NCBI GenBank assembly: GCA_039922635.1
Contig: JBDTEH010000241.1
Coordinates: 7,672-71,671, forward strand
DNA from: Kofleriaceae bacterium
GTDB taxonomy: Bacteria > Myxococcota_A > Polyangia > Haliangiales > Haliangiaceae
DNA: 64,000 bases
Reading direction: 5' to 3'
Part shown: positions 39,273-48,053 of the stretch, in pieces
Numbering within the stretch: position 1 is the stretch's first letter
Layout of the letters: each line of letters begins with the position of its first letter
Made by a program: the position numbers and the translations under genes
The notes under the pieces: model-generated
The model's database searches: none
The model's input: only the letters and a program-made list of their open reading frames with translations
Told to the model about the DNA's origin: nothing

Positions 39273-41009
39273 ATGCGATCGGTCGCCATCGTGGCTGCGC
39301 TCGCGGTGGCGTGCTCGCCTCCGGCGACGGCACCGGCGACGGCCCCGCGGGCGCCGGTGGCCTCTGCGCCGCAGGTCGCACACACCCTGACGATCATCGG
39401 TACCAACGATCTGCATGGCGCGCTCGATCGCCTGCCGTTGTTTGCCGGCTTTGTCGCGAACGTGCGCGCGGCGCGCGCGACCGATGGCGGTGGCGTCGTG
39501 CTGGTCGACGGCGGCGATCTGTTTCAGGGCACCCTCGAATCGAACCTCGCCGAAGGGGCCGACGTCGTGAAGGCGTACAACCGGCTCGGCTACGCCGCGA
39601 CCGCCATCGGCAACCACGAGTTCGACTACGGTCCGGTCGGGCCCGCCGTGATCGCGAAGGGCGATCAGGATCCGCGGGGCGCGTTGAAGGCGCGCGCGGC
39701 GGAGGCGACGTTCCCATTCCTGGTCACGAACATCCTCGACGCGCGCACCGGCCAGCGGATCGCGTGGCCGAACATGCCGGCATCGCGGCTGCTCGAGGTC
39801 GCGGGCGTGAAGGTCGGCATCCTCGGCGCGAGCACGGAGTCGACGCCGTTTACGACGATGCCCGCCAACTTCGCCGGGCTCGAGATGGCCAAGCCGACCG
39901 CGAAGTCGATCACCGCCGAGGCGCAGGCGCTGCGCGCGCACGGTGCGCAGGTGGTCATCGCGACGATGCACATCGGCTCGGAGTGCCGGAACAACGATAC
40001 GCCCGGCGACCGCTCCTCGTGCGATTCGCACGAGGAGCTGTTCCACGTGCTCGACGACGTGCCGAAGGGCCTGATCGATGTCGTGGTCGCCGGGCACACG
40101 CACGCGGCGATCGCGCACACGATCGACGGCATGGCCGTGATCGAGTCGCTCTCGTCGGGGCGCGCGTTCGGCCGCGTCGATCTCAGCATCGCCGGCGGGC
40201 ACGTCACGGCCGTGGCGATCCATCGACCCGAGGTGATGTGCCCGCTCGACCAGGACGACCATCCGCAGCCGGTGCAGGACTGTCATCCGCCCGCCTACGA
40301 GGGCCGCCCGGTCGTGCCCGACCCCGCGATCCAGAACATCGTCGACGAGGCGCTCGCCCGGACGGCCGCGCAGCGCGACGAGAAGCTCGGGGTCACGCTC
40401 GCCGCACCGATCCACAAGGCCTACAAGTCCGAGTCGGCCGAAGGTGACTGGTTCACCGACCTGATGCTCGCGGCGCGGCCGGACGCGAACGTCGCCGTGA
40501 CCAATGGCGGCGGCCTGCGCGCCGATCTCCCGGCCGGCGAGCTGACCTACGGCCAGCTGTTCGCGGCGACCCCGTTCGATAACCGGTTCGCGATCGTCAA
40601 GCTCGACGGCAAGCAGCTGCGCCGGCTCGTCGCCACGAACCTGCGGCGCGATGGCGGGTTCTTCTCGTTCGCCGGACTCACCGCGGTCGCGCGCTGCAAC
40701 CACGACAAGCTCGAGCTCGCGATCCAGGTCGGCGCGGCGCCGCTGTCCGACACCGCGCGCTACACGCTGGTCACCAGCGACTTCCTCGCGTCGGGCGGCG
40801 ACGGCGTGATCGGCAAGCTCAAGCTTTCAGCCGGTGCCATCGAGCTGACCGACGTGATCATGCGCGACGCGATGGCCGACGTCCTGCGCAAGCAGCGCGG
40901 CACGACGATCGATCCGGCCAAGCTGTTCGGTCGCAACCACGCGCGTATGGACTACCCAGGCAAGCGGCCGGTCGTGTGTGGCACGCTGAATCGAGAACAG
41001 GATGACTGA
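39273..41009 (+). CDS. Bifunctional metallophosphatase/5'-nucleotidase (UshA-like) lipoprotein
   Basis: Signal and lipobox MRSVAIVAALAVAC. Motifs: IIGTNDLHGAL, GGDLFQGT, GNHEFDYG, HTHA. A C-terminal 5'-nucleotidase substrate-binding region is present (VTNGGGLRADLPAGELTYGQLF). Confidence 0.9.
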   Translation: MRSVAIVAALAVACSPPATAPATAPRAPVASAPQVAHTLTIIGTNDLHGALDRLPLFAGFVANVRAARATDGGGVVLVDGGDLFQGTLESNLAEGADVVKAYNRLGYAATAIGNHEFDYGPVGPAVIAKGDQDPRGALKARAAEATFPFLVTNILDARTGQRIAWPNMPASRLLEVAGVKVGILGASTESTPFTTMPANFAGLEMAKPTAKSITAEAQALRAHGAQVVIATMHIGSECRNNDTPGDRSSCDSHEELFHVLDDVPKGLIDVVVAGHTHAAIAHTIDGMAVIESLSSGRAFGRVDLSIAGGHVTAVAIHRPEVMCPLDQDDHPQPVQDCHPPAYEGRPVVPDPAIQNIVDEALARTAAQRDEKLGVTLAAPIHKAYKSESAEGDWFTDLMLAARPDANVAVTNGGGLRADLPAGELTYGQLFAATPFDNRFAIVKLDGKQLRRLVATNLRRDGGFFSFAGLTAVARCNHDKLELAIQVGAAPLSDTARYTLVTSDFLASGGDGVIGKLKLSAGAIELTDVIMRDAMADVLRKQRGTTIDPAKLFGRNHARMDYPGKRPVVCGTLNREQDD

Positions 41010-42348
41010 TATGACGTGGTCGCCGACGACCTGGCAGCACAAGCCCGCTCAGCAGCAGGTTGGCTACGCCGACACGCCGCGGTTCGCGAGCGTGCTGGCC
41101 GAGATGAGCCAGCTGCCGCCGCTCGTGACCTCGTGGGAGATCGAGAACCTGCGCGCGGAGCTGGCCAAGGCGGCCCGCGGTGAGGCGTTCCTGCTGCAGG
41201 GCGGCGACTGCGCCGAGAGCTTCGAAGACTGTCGCAGCGAGCCGATCGCCGCGAAGCTGAAGATCTTGCTCCAGATGTCGCTCGTGCTCGTCCACGGTAC
41301 GCGCAAACCGGTGATCCGCGTCGGCCGGATCGCCGGGCAATACGCGAAGCCACGCTCGGCAGACTCCGAGACGCGCGGCGACGTCACGCTGCCCGCGTAT
41401 CGCGGCGACTCCGTCAACCGCGATCCGTTCACGGCGGCCGACCGCGAGCCCGATCCGGAGCGGATGTTGCGGGCGTACGAACGCGCCGCGCTGACGCTCA
41501 ACTTCATCCGCGCCTTGAACGACGGTGGCTTCGCGGATCTCCATCACCCGGAGCAGTGGGACGTCTCGTTCGCCAAGGGTTCGCCGAACGCGGCGGCGTA
41601 CGAGCACATCGTCGAATCGATCCGCGAATCCCTCGACTTCGTCGGCGCGATCACCGGGGTCGAGAACGAGGCGCTGCGCCGGGTGACGCTGTACACCAGC
41701 CACGAGGCGCTCGCGCTGCCGTACGAGCAAGCGCAGACCCGCACGGTGCCGCGCCGCGCCGGACACTATAACTTGTCGACGCACTTCCCGTGGATCGGCA
41801 TGCGGACCGCGCAGCTCGACGGCGCGCACGTCGAGTTCCACCGGGGCATCCGCAACCCGATCGGCATCAAGATCGGCCCGGCGATGACGCTCGATTGGTT
41901 GCGCGGCCTGCTCGATGCGCTCGATCCGGATCGCGAGCCGGGCCGGATCACGTTGATCGCGCGGATGGGCGCGGATCAGGTCGAGGCCAAGTTGCCGGCG
42001 CTCGTGCAAGCGGTCCGCGGTGAGGGTCGCACCGTGCTGTGGATCTGCGACCCGATGCACGGCAACACCGAGACCACGCCGCAGGGGATCAAGACCCGCC
42101 GGTTCGACAAGATCTTGCGCGAGCTCGAGACCAGCTTCGATCTCCACGCGGAGCTCGGTTCGCGTCTCGGCGGCGTGCACGTCGAGCTCACCGGCGAGGA
42201 CGTCACCGAATGTCTCGGTGGCGCCCGTGGACTCGACGAGGCCGGCCTCGAGCGCGCGTACAAGACCCGCGTCGATCCCCGGCTCAACTACGAACAGGCG
42301 CTCGAGCTCGCGATGCGGATCGCGCGCCGGCTACGGACCAAGAAATAA
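41002..42348 (+). CDS. Class II 3-deoxy-7-phosphoheptulonate (DAHP) synthase
   Basis: The WSPTTWQHKPAQQQVGY opening, LLQGGDCAESF, GRIAGQYAKPRS, ICDPMHGN and GGVHVELTG are class II (plant/actinobacterial type) DAHPS signatures. It overlaps the preceding gene by 8 nt. Confidence 0.93.
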   Translation: MTDMTWSPTTWQHKPAQQQVGYADTPRFASVLAEMSQLPPLVTSWEIENLRAELAKAARGEAFLLQGGDCAESFEDCRSEPIAAKLKILLQMSLVLVHGTRKPVIRVGRIAGQYAKPRSADSETRGDVTLPAYRGDSVNRDPFTAADREPDPERMLRAYERAALTLNFIRALNDGGFADLHHPEQWDVSFAKGSPNAAAYEHIVESIRESLDFVGAITGVENEALRRVTLYTSHEALALPYEQAQTRTVPRRAGHYNLSTHFPWIGMRTAQLDGAHVEFHRGIRNPIGIKIGPAMTLDWLRGLLDALDPDREPGRITLIARMGADQVEAKLPALVQAVRGEGRTVLWICDPMHGNTETTPQGIKTRRFDKILRELETSFDLHAELGSRLGGVHVELTGEDVTECLGGARGLDEAGLERAYKTRVDPRLNYEQALELAMRIARRLRTKK

Positions 42349-43070
42349 TGGCAGAGAAGCAGGGCAACTTCCTCGGGCGAACGGGCCCGTTCTGGCAGTT
42401 TATTGCGAGCTGGTTCGTGCCGGTGATCATGACGATCGCGTACGTCGTGCTCGCCTTGACCTCGGGAACCAATGCGACCGGATGGGCGTGGATGTCGATC
42501 GGCCTCGCGTTCGTGTTCGTGCTGTGGTGGTTGTTCCGCACGCTCACGACCAACGCCGCGTTGACCCGCGCGATGGCGGGCGGAGATCACGAGCGGGTGA
42601 CCGAGCTCGACAAGCGGCCGCTCCAGGCCGCGGTCGCGTTCGAGCTGCGCGGCCAGTGGGCCAAGTCGCTCGAGGCGGTCGCGCGCGCGCATCCGAAAAA
42701 GCCGCGCGATCGGGTCCTGGCCGCCATGACCGAGCTCTCCGCGCTGGTCGAGACCGGCGAGATCGCGAAGGCGCGCGGCGTGCTCGAGACGATCCAGCCC
42801 ACGGTCGCGAAGCTCAACGAACGGCTCGAGGGCGCCTCGCACATCGCGGCCAGGCTCGCGAAGGGCAAGCTGCTCGCCGCCGAGCGCTCGAACACCGAGG
42901 CGCTCGCGGTGCTGCAGCGGGTGATCGATGACGTGCGCAGTGGCCAGCGCACGCGCGCGCTCGCCCATCATTACGCCGCGGTGGCCGCCGCCGCCGACGG
43001 CCAGCACGCGCTCGCCGACAACCACCGCGAGCGTGCGCGCGCGCTCGCACCGGGTGCCTGGTTCGTGTGA
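42348..43070 (+). CDS. Hypothetical membrane protein (2 TM plus helical TPR-like tail)
   Basis: ATG 42348 overlaps the TAA of the DAHPS gene by 1 nt. TM helices FWQFIASWFVPVIMTIAYVVLAL and WAWMSIGLAFVFVLWWLF. The rest is helical and Ala/Arg/Glu-rich. Confidence 0.6.
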   Translation: MAEKQGNFLGRTGPFWQFIASWFVPVIMTIAYVVLALTSGTNATGWAWMSIGLAFVFVLWWLFRTLTTNAALTRAMAGGDHERVTELDKRPLQAAVAFELRGQWAKSLEAVARAHPKKPRDRVLAAMTELSALVETGEIAKARGVLETIQPTVAKLNERLEGASHIAARLAKGKLLAAERSNTEALAVLQRVIDDVRSGQRTRALAHHYAAVAAAADGQHALADNHRERARALAPGAWFV

Positions 43071-43074
43071 GGGC

Positions 43075-44019
43075 CTAGAACCGGCCGACCGCGGCGAGGC
43101 CGAAGCTCTCCGGCGACACCATCGGGACCCACGCGGTGCGCGTGACGCGTTCGGGTCCCGGCGCCGACAGGTAGACGTACGTCGCGATGCCGACCATCGC
43201 GATCCCGCCGATGAACAGCGGGGTCCCCCAGTGGCTCGCGAGCCGTTGCTGGTCGTTCGCCATCTTGCAGTACAGCTCGCTGCCGGACGGGCAGGGCGCG
43301 CCGGCCTGCAGATCGTGGTCGTGGAGGATCGTGGTGTACCTGCCGCGTGCGACCAGGGTGATGATGCCGCTCGTCACCATCAGCGCACCACCGACCGAGG
43401 CGGTGACGATCGCGACCTCGCGGCGGCCGGCGCCGCGGTCGACGACGACCATCTCGTCACCCGCGACGAGGTCGACGGTGATCGTGTTGCCGCCCTTGCC
43501 CTCGACCTCGAACTCCTGGCGCGCCGGGAGGTGATCGGGAGCGCGTGCTTCGAGCGTGTGGTGGCCGCGGTCGATCTCGACGTGGAGGTAGTCGGCGGGC
43601 GCGATCGGTTCACCGTCGATCGTCACGCGCGCGTCGGGCGGCGTCGTGGCGGACAGCTCGATCTGGATGATCGCGACCAGCGCCGCGAGGGCCTTCGTGC
43701 GCTCGCCGGCCGCCGCCTCGTATTCGGGGAGGTTGGTCTCGTGCGCGCGGGCCTGCGCCTTGCGGAACCAGTACAGCGCGTGGCGGTACTTCTCGAGGTT
43801 CTGGTTGCACAGGCCGAGGTTCAACATCGTGCCGGCCGCGTCGGGATCGAGCTTGATCGCCGCGCCGAACTTGGCGCACGCGGCGGCGTCTTCGTGGGTC
43901 TCGATCAGCTTGCGGCCCTCGGCGAACAGCGCGTCGGCACGGTCCTGGGTGGCCGGATCTGCCTGGGCGCTGGCGAGCGCGATCAGCGACGTCGCGATCG
44001 CGACGGAAACCCGCATCAT
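43075..44019 (-). CDS. Secreted TPR-like plus PEGA-like domain protein with 2 TM segments and conserved GLAAVGRF C-terminus (paralog B)
   Basis: Signal MMRVSVAIATSLIALASAQA. TPR-like segment ADALFAEGRKL...NLGLCNQNLEKYRHALYWFRKA. PEGA-like segment PPDARVTIDGEPI...HTLEARAPDHLPARQEFEV. Two hydrophobic helices flank a Cys pair. The C-terminus is FGLAAVGRF. Confidence 0.7.
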   Translation of the reverse strand: MMRVSVAIATSLIALASAQADPATQDRADALFAEGRKLIETHEDAAACAKFGAAIKLDPDAAGTMLNLGLCNQNLEKYRHALYWFRKAQARAHETNLPEYEAAAGERTKALAALVAIIQIELSATTPPDARVTIDGEPIAPADYLHVEIDRGHHTLEARAPDHLPARQEFEVEGKGGNTITVDLVAGDEMVVVDRGAGRREVAIVTASVGGALMVTSGIITLVARGRYTTILHDHDLQAGAPCPSGSELYCKMANDQQRLASHWGTPLFIGGIAMVGIATYVYLSAPGPERVTRTAWVPMVSPESFGLAAVGRF

Positions 44020-44039
44020 TGCGACCAGTATCTCACAGC

Positions 44040-44957
44040 TCAGAATCGACCGACGGCGGCGAGCCCGGCCTGGTCCGGGGTCACGACCGGGACGAACGAG
44101 ACCTGGGCGCCGGGATGTTCGGCGTACTCGGGCGTGAAGTACCAGAGCGCGGCGCCGCCGACGAGGAGCACGCCACCCGCGATGCCGATGATGGTCGCGG
44201 TGTTGCCGAGCGAGAGGTCGCTGTTGACCTTGTTGAAGTCGCCCTGCGGGCAGACGTACGTCCCGGTCCCGTCCTTCATGCAGTTCGTGACGTCATTGTT
44301 CCAATCGTGGTGTGACTTCCAGCCGAGGATCACGCTCGTGACGACCGCGGCGGCGCCGACGCCGACGAGCGACTTGCCGATCAGGAGGCACGCCGTGCAG
44401 GTCGTGCCGGGAAAGGCGAGCCGCGGGATCGCGAGCGCCTCGTGCTGACCCTCCGCGATCTCGATCGTGTTCGAGTACTGCACGCGGCCGGGCGCCGATA
44501 CGACGATCGAGACCTTGCCGGGGTCGACGAGGATGTCGTTCGCGTCGGTGACGTGGACGATCTTGTTCGCGACCAGCAGCTTGCCGTCGGGGTACGCCTC
44601 GGTGAACGCGATCGCGAGGTGTGGCGCGCGCGGGGTCAGCTTCGCGAGGTGGTCCTCCGCGGCGGCGAGCTGGGGTGCGAGGTTCTGTTCGCGCGCGCGA
44701 TCGCGGGCGTCGCTGAAGTAGCGGATCGCGGTGGCGATCTGGCCGTCGTGCTCCGCGCACAGCCCGACGTTCAAGATCGTTCCGATCGCGTTGGAGTTGA
44801 GCGCGAGCGACTCCGCGAACAGCGCGCACGCACCGGCGCGATCGCCCTGCGCCTCGAGCTTGCGCGCGGCCTCGAACTTCTCGTCGGCCGTCTTGATGTC
44901 GTCGGCGCGCGCGGGCACGGCCAGCGCGACGACGACTCCGAGCACCATCCATCGCAT
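44040..44957 (-). CDS. Secreted TPR-like plus beta-sandwich protein with 2 TM segments and conserved GLAAVGRF C-terminus (paralog A)
   Basis: Signal MRWMVLGVVVALAVPARA. It has the same architecture as 43075-44019 (ADEKFEAARKLEAQGD...NVGLCAEHDGQIATAIRYFSDA; Cys-rich loop between helices). The C-terminus is AGLAAVGRF. Confidence 0.7.
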   Translation of the reverse strand: MRWMVLGVVVALAVPARADDIKTADEKFEAARKLEAQGDRAGACALFAESLALNSNAIGTILNVGLCAEHDGQIATAIRYFSDARDRAREQNLAPQLAAAEDHLAKLTPRAPHLAIAFTEAYPDGKLLVANKIVHVTDANDILVDPGKVSIVVSAPGRVQYSNTIEIAEGQHEALAIPRLAFPGTTCTACLLIGKSLVGVGAAAVVTSVILGWKSHHDWNNDVTNCMKDGTGTYVCPQGDFNKVNSDLSLGNTATIIGIAGGVLLVGGAALWYFTPEYAEHPGAQVSFVPVVTPDQAGLAAVGRF

Positions 44958-44990
44958 GGCCGAGATCGTAAGGTGAAGCGCGACCGGGCG

Positions 44991-46490
44991 CTACTTCGGA
45001 GACCCGTTCTCGCAGCCGTGCATCGAGCCGAACGGGTCACACTTCGGCGTCGCGGGCACCACCGCTGGCTTGACCGTCGCTTCCTTCGAGGCAGGCTCTT
45101 TGAGCTCGGGCTGCTTCTTGACGGCGACCGGCGACTTCCTCGTCACGCGCGTGGACGTGACCGGGGACTCCGGCTTCGCAGCGGCGTTCGCGCCGATCTC
45201 GGGCGGCTTGTCGACGGCCTTGGCGGCCGCTGCCGGGGCGGCTGCTTGGTCGGTCGTTGCCTTGGCGATCGCCGGCTTGTCGGCTTGTCGCGCGGGCTTC
45301 GGCGGAGCCTCGTCGGCCACGGGCGGCGGCGTCGGTGCGACCACGTCGGGCTTGTTCGCGTTCAGTCGGTCACCACTGCCGAGCGCCACGGCGAGCGCGA
45401 TGCCGCCGCCGACCAGCAGGCCGACGCCGATCACGATCGCGATGCCGCGGCTGCGCGGCCTGGGCTCCATCATCGTGAGCGGCGCGGGCGTCACGGGCGC
45501 CGGAGGTGGCGGCTGGCGCAGATCGGTGCTCGACGACCGCGCGGCACCGCTGGCGTCGGGTCGCCAGCTCGGCTGGCTGCGGCGGAGCATCCGGGCCATG
45601 CGCTCGACCAGCCGTTGCGCCTGATGGGTGTCCTGTACGAACGGTACGAGATCGTGGCCGAGGTCGGCCATCGTCGCGTAGCGCTGGTCCGGAGACTTCG
45701 CGAGGCACTTCAGGATCACCGCCTGGAGCGCGGGCGGCGTGTTCACCATCGGCGCGGGCGGATCGACCGCGACCTTCACGCACATCTCCGAGAAGCTCTC
45801 GGCCTCGAACGGGCGGCGCCCTTCGAGCAGCTCGTAGAACACGGTGCCGAGCGACCAGATATCGCTGCGTGAATCGACGAGCCGCGCCGAGCGCATCTGC
45901 TCGGGCGACATATACGCCGGCGTGCCGAGCAGCGACTGGGTCTGGGTCAGCTGCATGTCCGCGCCCGTCGGCGACTTCGAGATCCCGAAATCGAGCACCT
46001 TGATCAGCGCACTTCCGTCGGGACGCCACGTCACGAACAGGTTCGTCGGCTTGACGTCACGATGGATGATGCCGAGCGAGTGGGCCTCGGCCAGCGCTTC
46101 CGCGGTCTGGAGCACGAGCTCGCTCGCCCACGGCACCGGCAACACGCCGCGCTGCTCGAGCAGCTGGCCGAGGTCGTGACCCTCGAGGAACTCCATGACC
46201 ATGTACGGGACGTCGTTCTCGAACCGCCCGACGTCGGTGACCTTCGCGACGTACTCGCTCTTGAGCTTCGCGGCGGCCTGGGCCTCGCGGGTGAACCGTT
46301 GGACCGCCTCCTCGTCGAGGAGCACGTCCTTGCGCAGCATCTTGATCGCGACCCGCTCGCCGAGCTGGAGGTGGGTGCACTCCGCGACCACGCCCATGCC
46401 GCCCTGGCCGAGGATCGAATCGACTCGATATTTCCCGAGAAATACCTGTCCGATCACGATCCCGGTATCGACCTTTGAACCAGGAGCCAC
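44991..46490 (-). CDS. Hanks-type Ser/Thr protein kinase with Pro/Ala-rich linker, TM and Lys/Pro/Ala-rich extracytoplasmic tail
   Basis: GQGGMGVVAECT, VAIKML, HRDVKPTNLFV, DFGISK, YMSPEQ. TM helix GIAIVIGVGLLVGGGIALAVAL. GTG start at 46490. Confidence 0.92.
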   Translation of the reverse strand: MAPGSKVDTGIVIGQVFLGKYRVDSILGQGGMGVVAECTHLQLGERVAIKMLRKDVLLDEEAVQRFTREAQAAAKLKSEYVAKVTDVGRFENDVPYMVMEFLEGHDLGQLLEQRGVLPVPWASELVLQTAEALAEAHSLGIIHRDVKPTNLFVTWRPDGSALIKVLDFGISKSPTGADMQLTQTQSLLGTPAYMSPEQMRSARLVDSRSDIWSLGTVFYELLEGRRPFEAESFSEMCVKVAVDPPAPMVNTPPALQAVILKCLAKSPDQRYATMADLGHDLVPFVQDTHQAQRLVERMARMLRRSQPSWRPDASGAARSSSTDLRQPPPPAPVTPAPLTMMEPRPRSRGIAIVIGVGLLVGGGIALAVALGSGDRLNANKPDVVAPTPPPVADEAPPKPARQADKPAIAKATTDQAAAPAAAAKAVDKPPEIGANAAAKPESPVTSTRVTRKSPVAVKKQPELKEPASKEATVKPAVVPATPKCDPFGSMHGCENGSPK

Positions 46491-46566
46491 GCGTTAAAAG
46501 CGTAGCCTGCCGAACGCTGCTGCTCAAGCTGCGCCGACGTGTAGGTTTTGGCCTACTCGTGCGCGA

Positions 46567-47985
46567 TCACTGCTGGATCTGATGAATCTTGAGATTGTTG
46601 GTCTGCATCCCACCGCCGACCGGGATGGCCATCGTGATCAGCACGTGCTCGCCCGTCTGTGCGAGGTTGCGCTCCAGCAGCGTCGCCTCGACGCGGTCGA
46701 CGAGCTCCTCGGTCGTCGCGCTCGGTCCGACGAGCACCGGCGTCACGCCCCAGAACAGCGCGAGCCGGCGATAGCTCACCTCGTTCGTCGTGAGCGCCAC
46801 GATGTTTGCCTCGGGCCGATATTCACTCAGCAGGCGCGCGGCGCCGCCCGAGTCCGAGACCGTGACGATCGTCTTCAACTTCATCGCCTTCGCGGCGATC
46901 ACGGCGGCGTGCGCGATCGCGTTCGCCGGCACCGCGAGCTGGATATCGACCTGCTGGAACGCCGCGCGGTAGTACGCGCTCTTCTCGATCTCGTCGATGA
47001 TCCGCGCCATCGTGCGCACCGCCTCGATCGGGTGCGCGCCGGAGGCGGTCTCGCCCGAGAGCATCAACGCGTCGGTGGTGTCGAGCACCGCGTTCGCGAC
47101 GTCGCTCGCTTCGGCGCGCGTCGGCCGCGGCTGCGTGATCATCGATTCCAGCATCTGCGTCGCGGTGATCACGATCTTGCCGCGGCGATTGGTCTCCTCG
47201 ATGATCCGCTTCTGCCACAGCGGGACCTTTTCGGGGCCAAGCTCCACGCCGAGATCGCCTCGTGCGACCATCACGCCGTCGGCGACGTCGATGATGTCGC
47301 CGAGCCGGTCGAGCGCCTGCGGCTTCTCGATCTTCGCGATCACCGGGATCGAGACCTGATCGACGGTGAGCAGGCGCTTGGCCTCGAGCACGTCCTCGGG
47401 CCGTCGCACGAACGACAGGGCGACGTAATCGACGCTGTAGCGCAGCGCGAAGCCGATATCGGTGCGGTCTTTCTCCGACAGCGCCGGCGCCGAGACGTCG
47501 ACGCCCGGAAGGTTGATGCCCTTGTTGTTCTTCAACACCCCGCCGGTCACGACCACGGTGTGGACTTCGTGGCCGTCGACACCGGTGACCGCGAGGGCGA
47601 GATAGCCGTCGTCGAGCAGGATCTGATCCCCGGGCTTGACGTCGCGGGTGATACCGCCGTAGGTCGTCGACACCCGCTTCGGGTCGCCGATCACGCTCTG
47701 GTCGGTCGTGATGGTGAACTCCGCACCCGGCCTCAGCTCGATCTGGCCCTCGGCGAACCGGCCGACCCGGATCTTGGGCCCCTGGAGATCGAGGAGCACG
47801 GCGATCGCGCGCCCACGCCGATCCGCCTCGGTCCGCACGATTTGCAACATGCGAGCGTGATCTTCGTGACTGCCGTGAGAGAAGTTCAGACGCGCACAGC
47901 TCATGCCCGCTTCGATCAGCTCGCCGATGCGTTCGGGGCTCGCTGACGCGGGGCCGAGCGTGCAGACGATCTTTGCACGTGGCAT
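46567..47985 (-). CDS. pyk: Pyruvate kinase
   Basis: [14 protein letters not shown]...[20 protein letters not shown] and TQMLESM are canonical pyruvate kinase motifs. Confidence 0.96.
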   Translation of the reverse strand: MPRAKIVCTLGPASASPERIGELIEAGMSCARLNFSHGSHEDHARMLQIVRTEADRRGRAIAVLLDLQGPKIRVGRFAEGQIELRPGAEFTITTDQSVIGDPKRVSTTYGGITRDVKPGDQILLDDGYLALAVTGVDGHEVHTVVVTGGVLKNNKGINLPGVDVSAPALSEKDRTDIGFALRYSVDYVALSFVRRPEDVLEAKRLLTVDQVSIPVIAKIEKPQALDRLGDIIDVADGVMVARGDLGVELGPEKVPLWQKRIIEETNRRGKIVITATQMLESMITQPRPTRAEASDVANAVLDTTDALMLSGETASGAHPIEAVRTMARIIDEIEKSAYYRAAFQQVDIQLAVPANAIAHAAVIAAKAMKLKTIVTVSDSGGAARLLSEYRPEANIVALTTNEVSYRRLALFWGVTPVLVGPSATTEELVDRVEATLLERNLAQTGEHVLITMAIPVGGGMQTNNLKIHQIQQ

Positions 47986-48053
47986 TTCGGGTGCAGTAGA
48001 CCATCCATTCGGGCTTGATGAACACGCCGTATCCCGGTTATTACCTCGCGCCG

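Noticed and set aside
40858-42180. 440-aa minus-strand ORF antisense to the DAHP synthase gene
   Set aside because: It overlaps a gene with unambiguous class II DAHPS signatures and has an Arg/Leu/Asp-rich composition.
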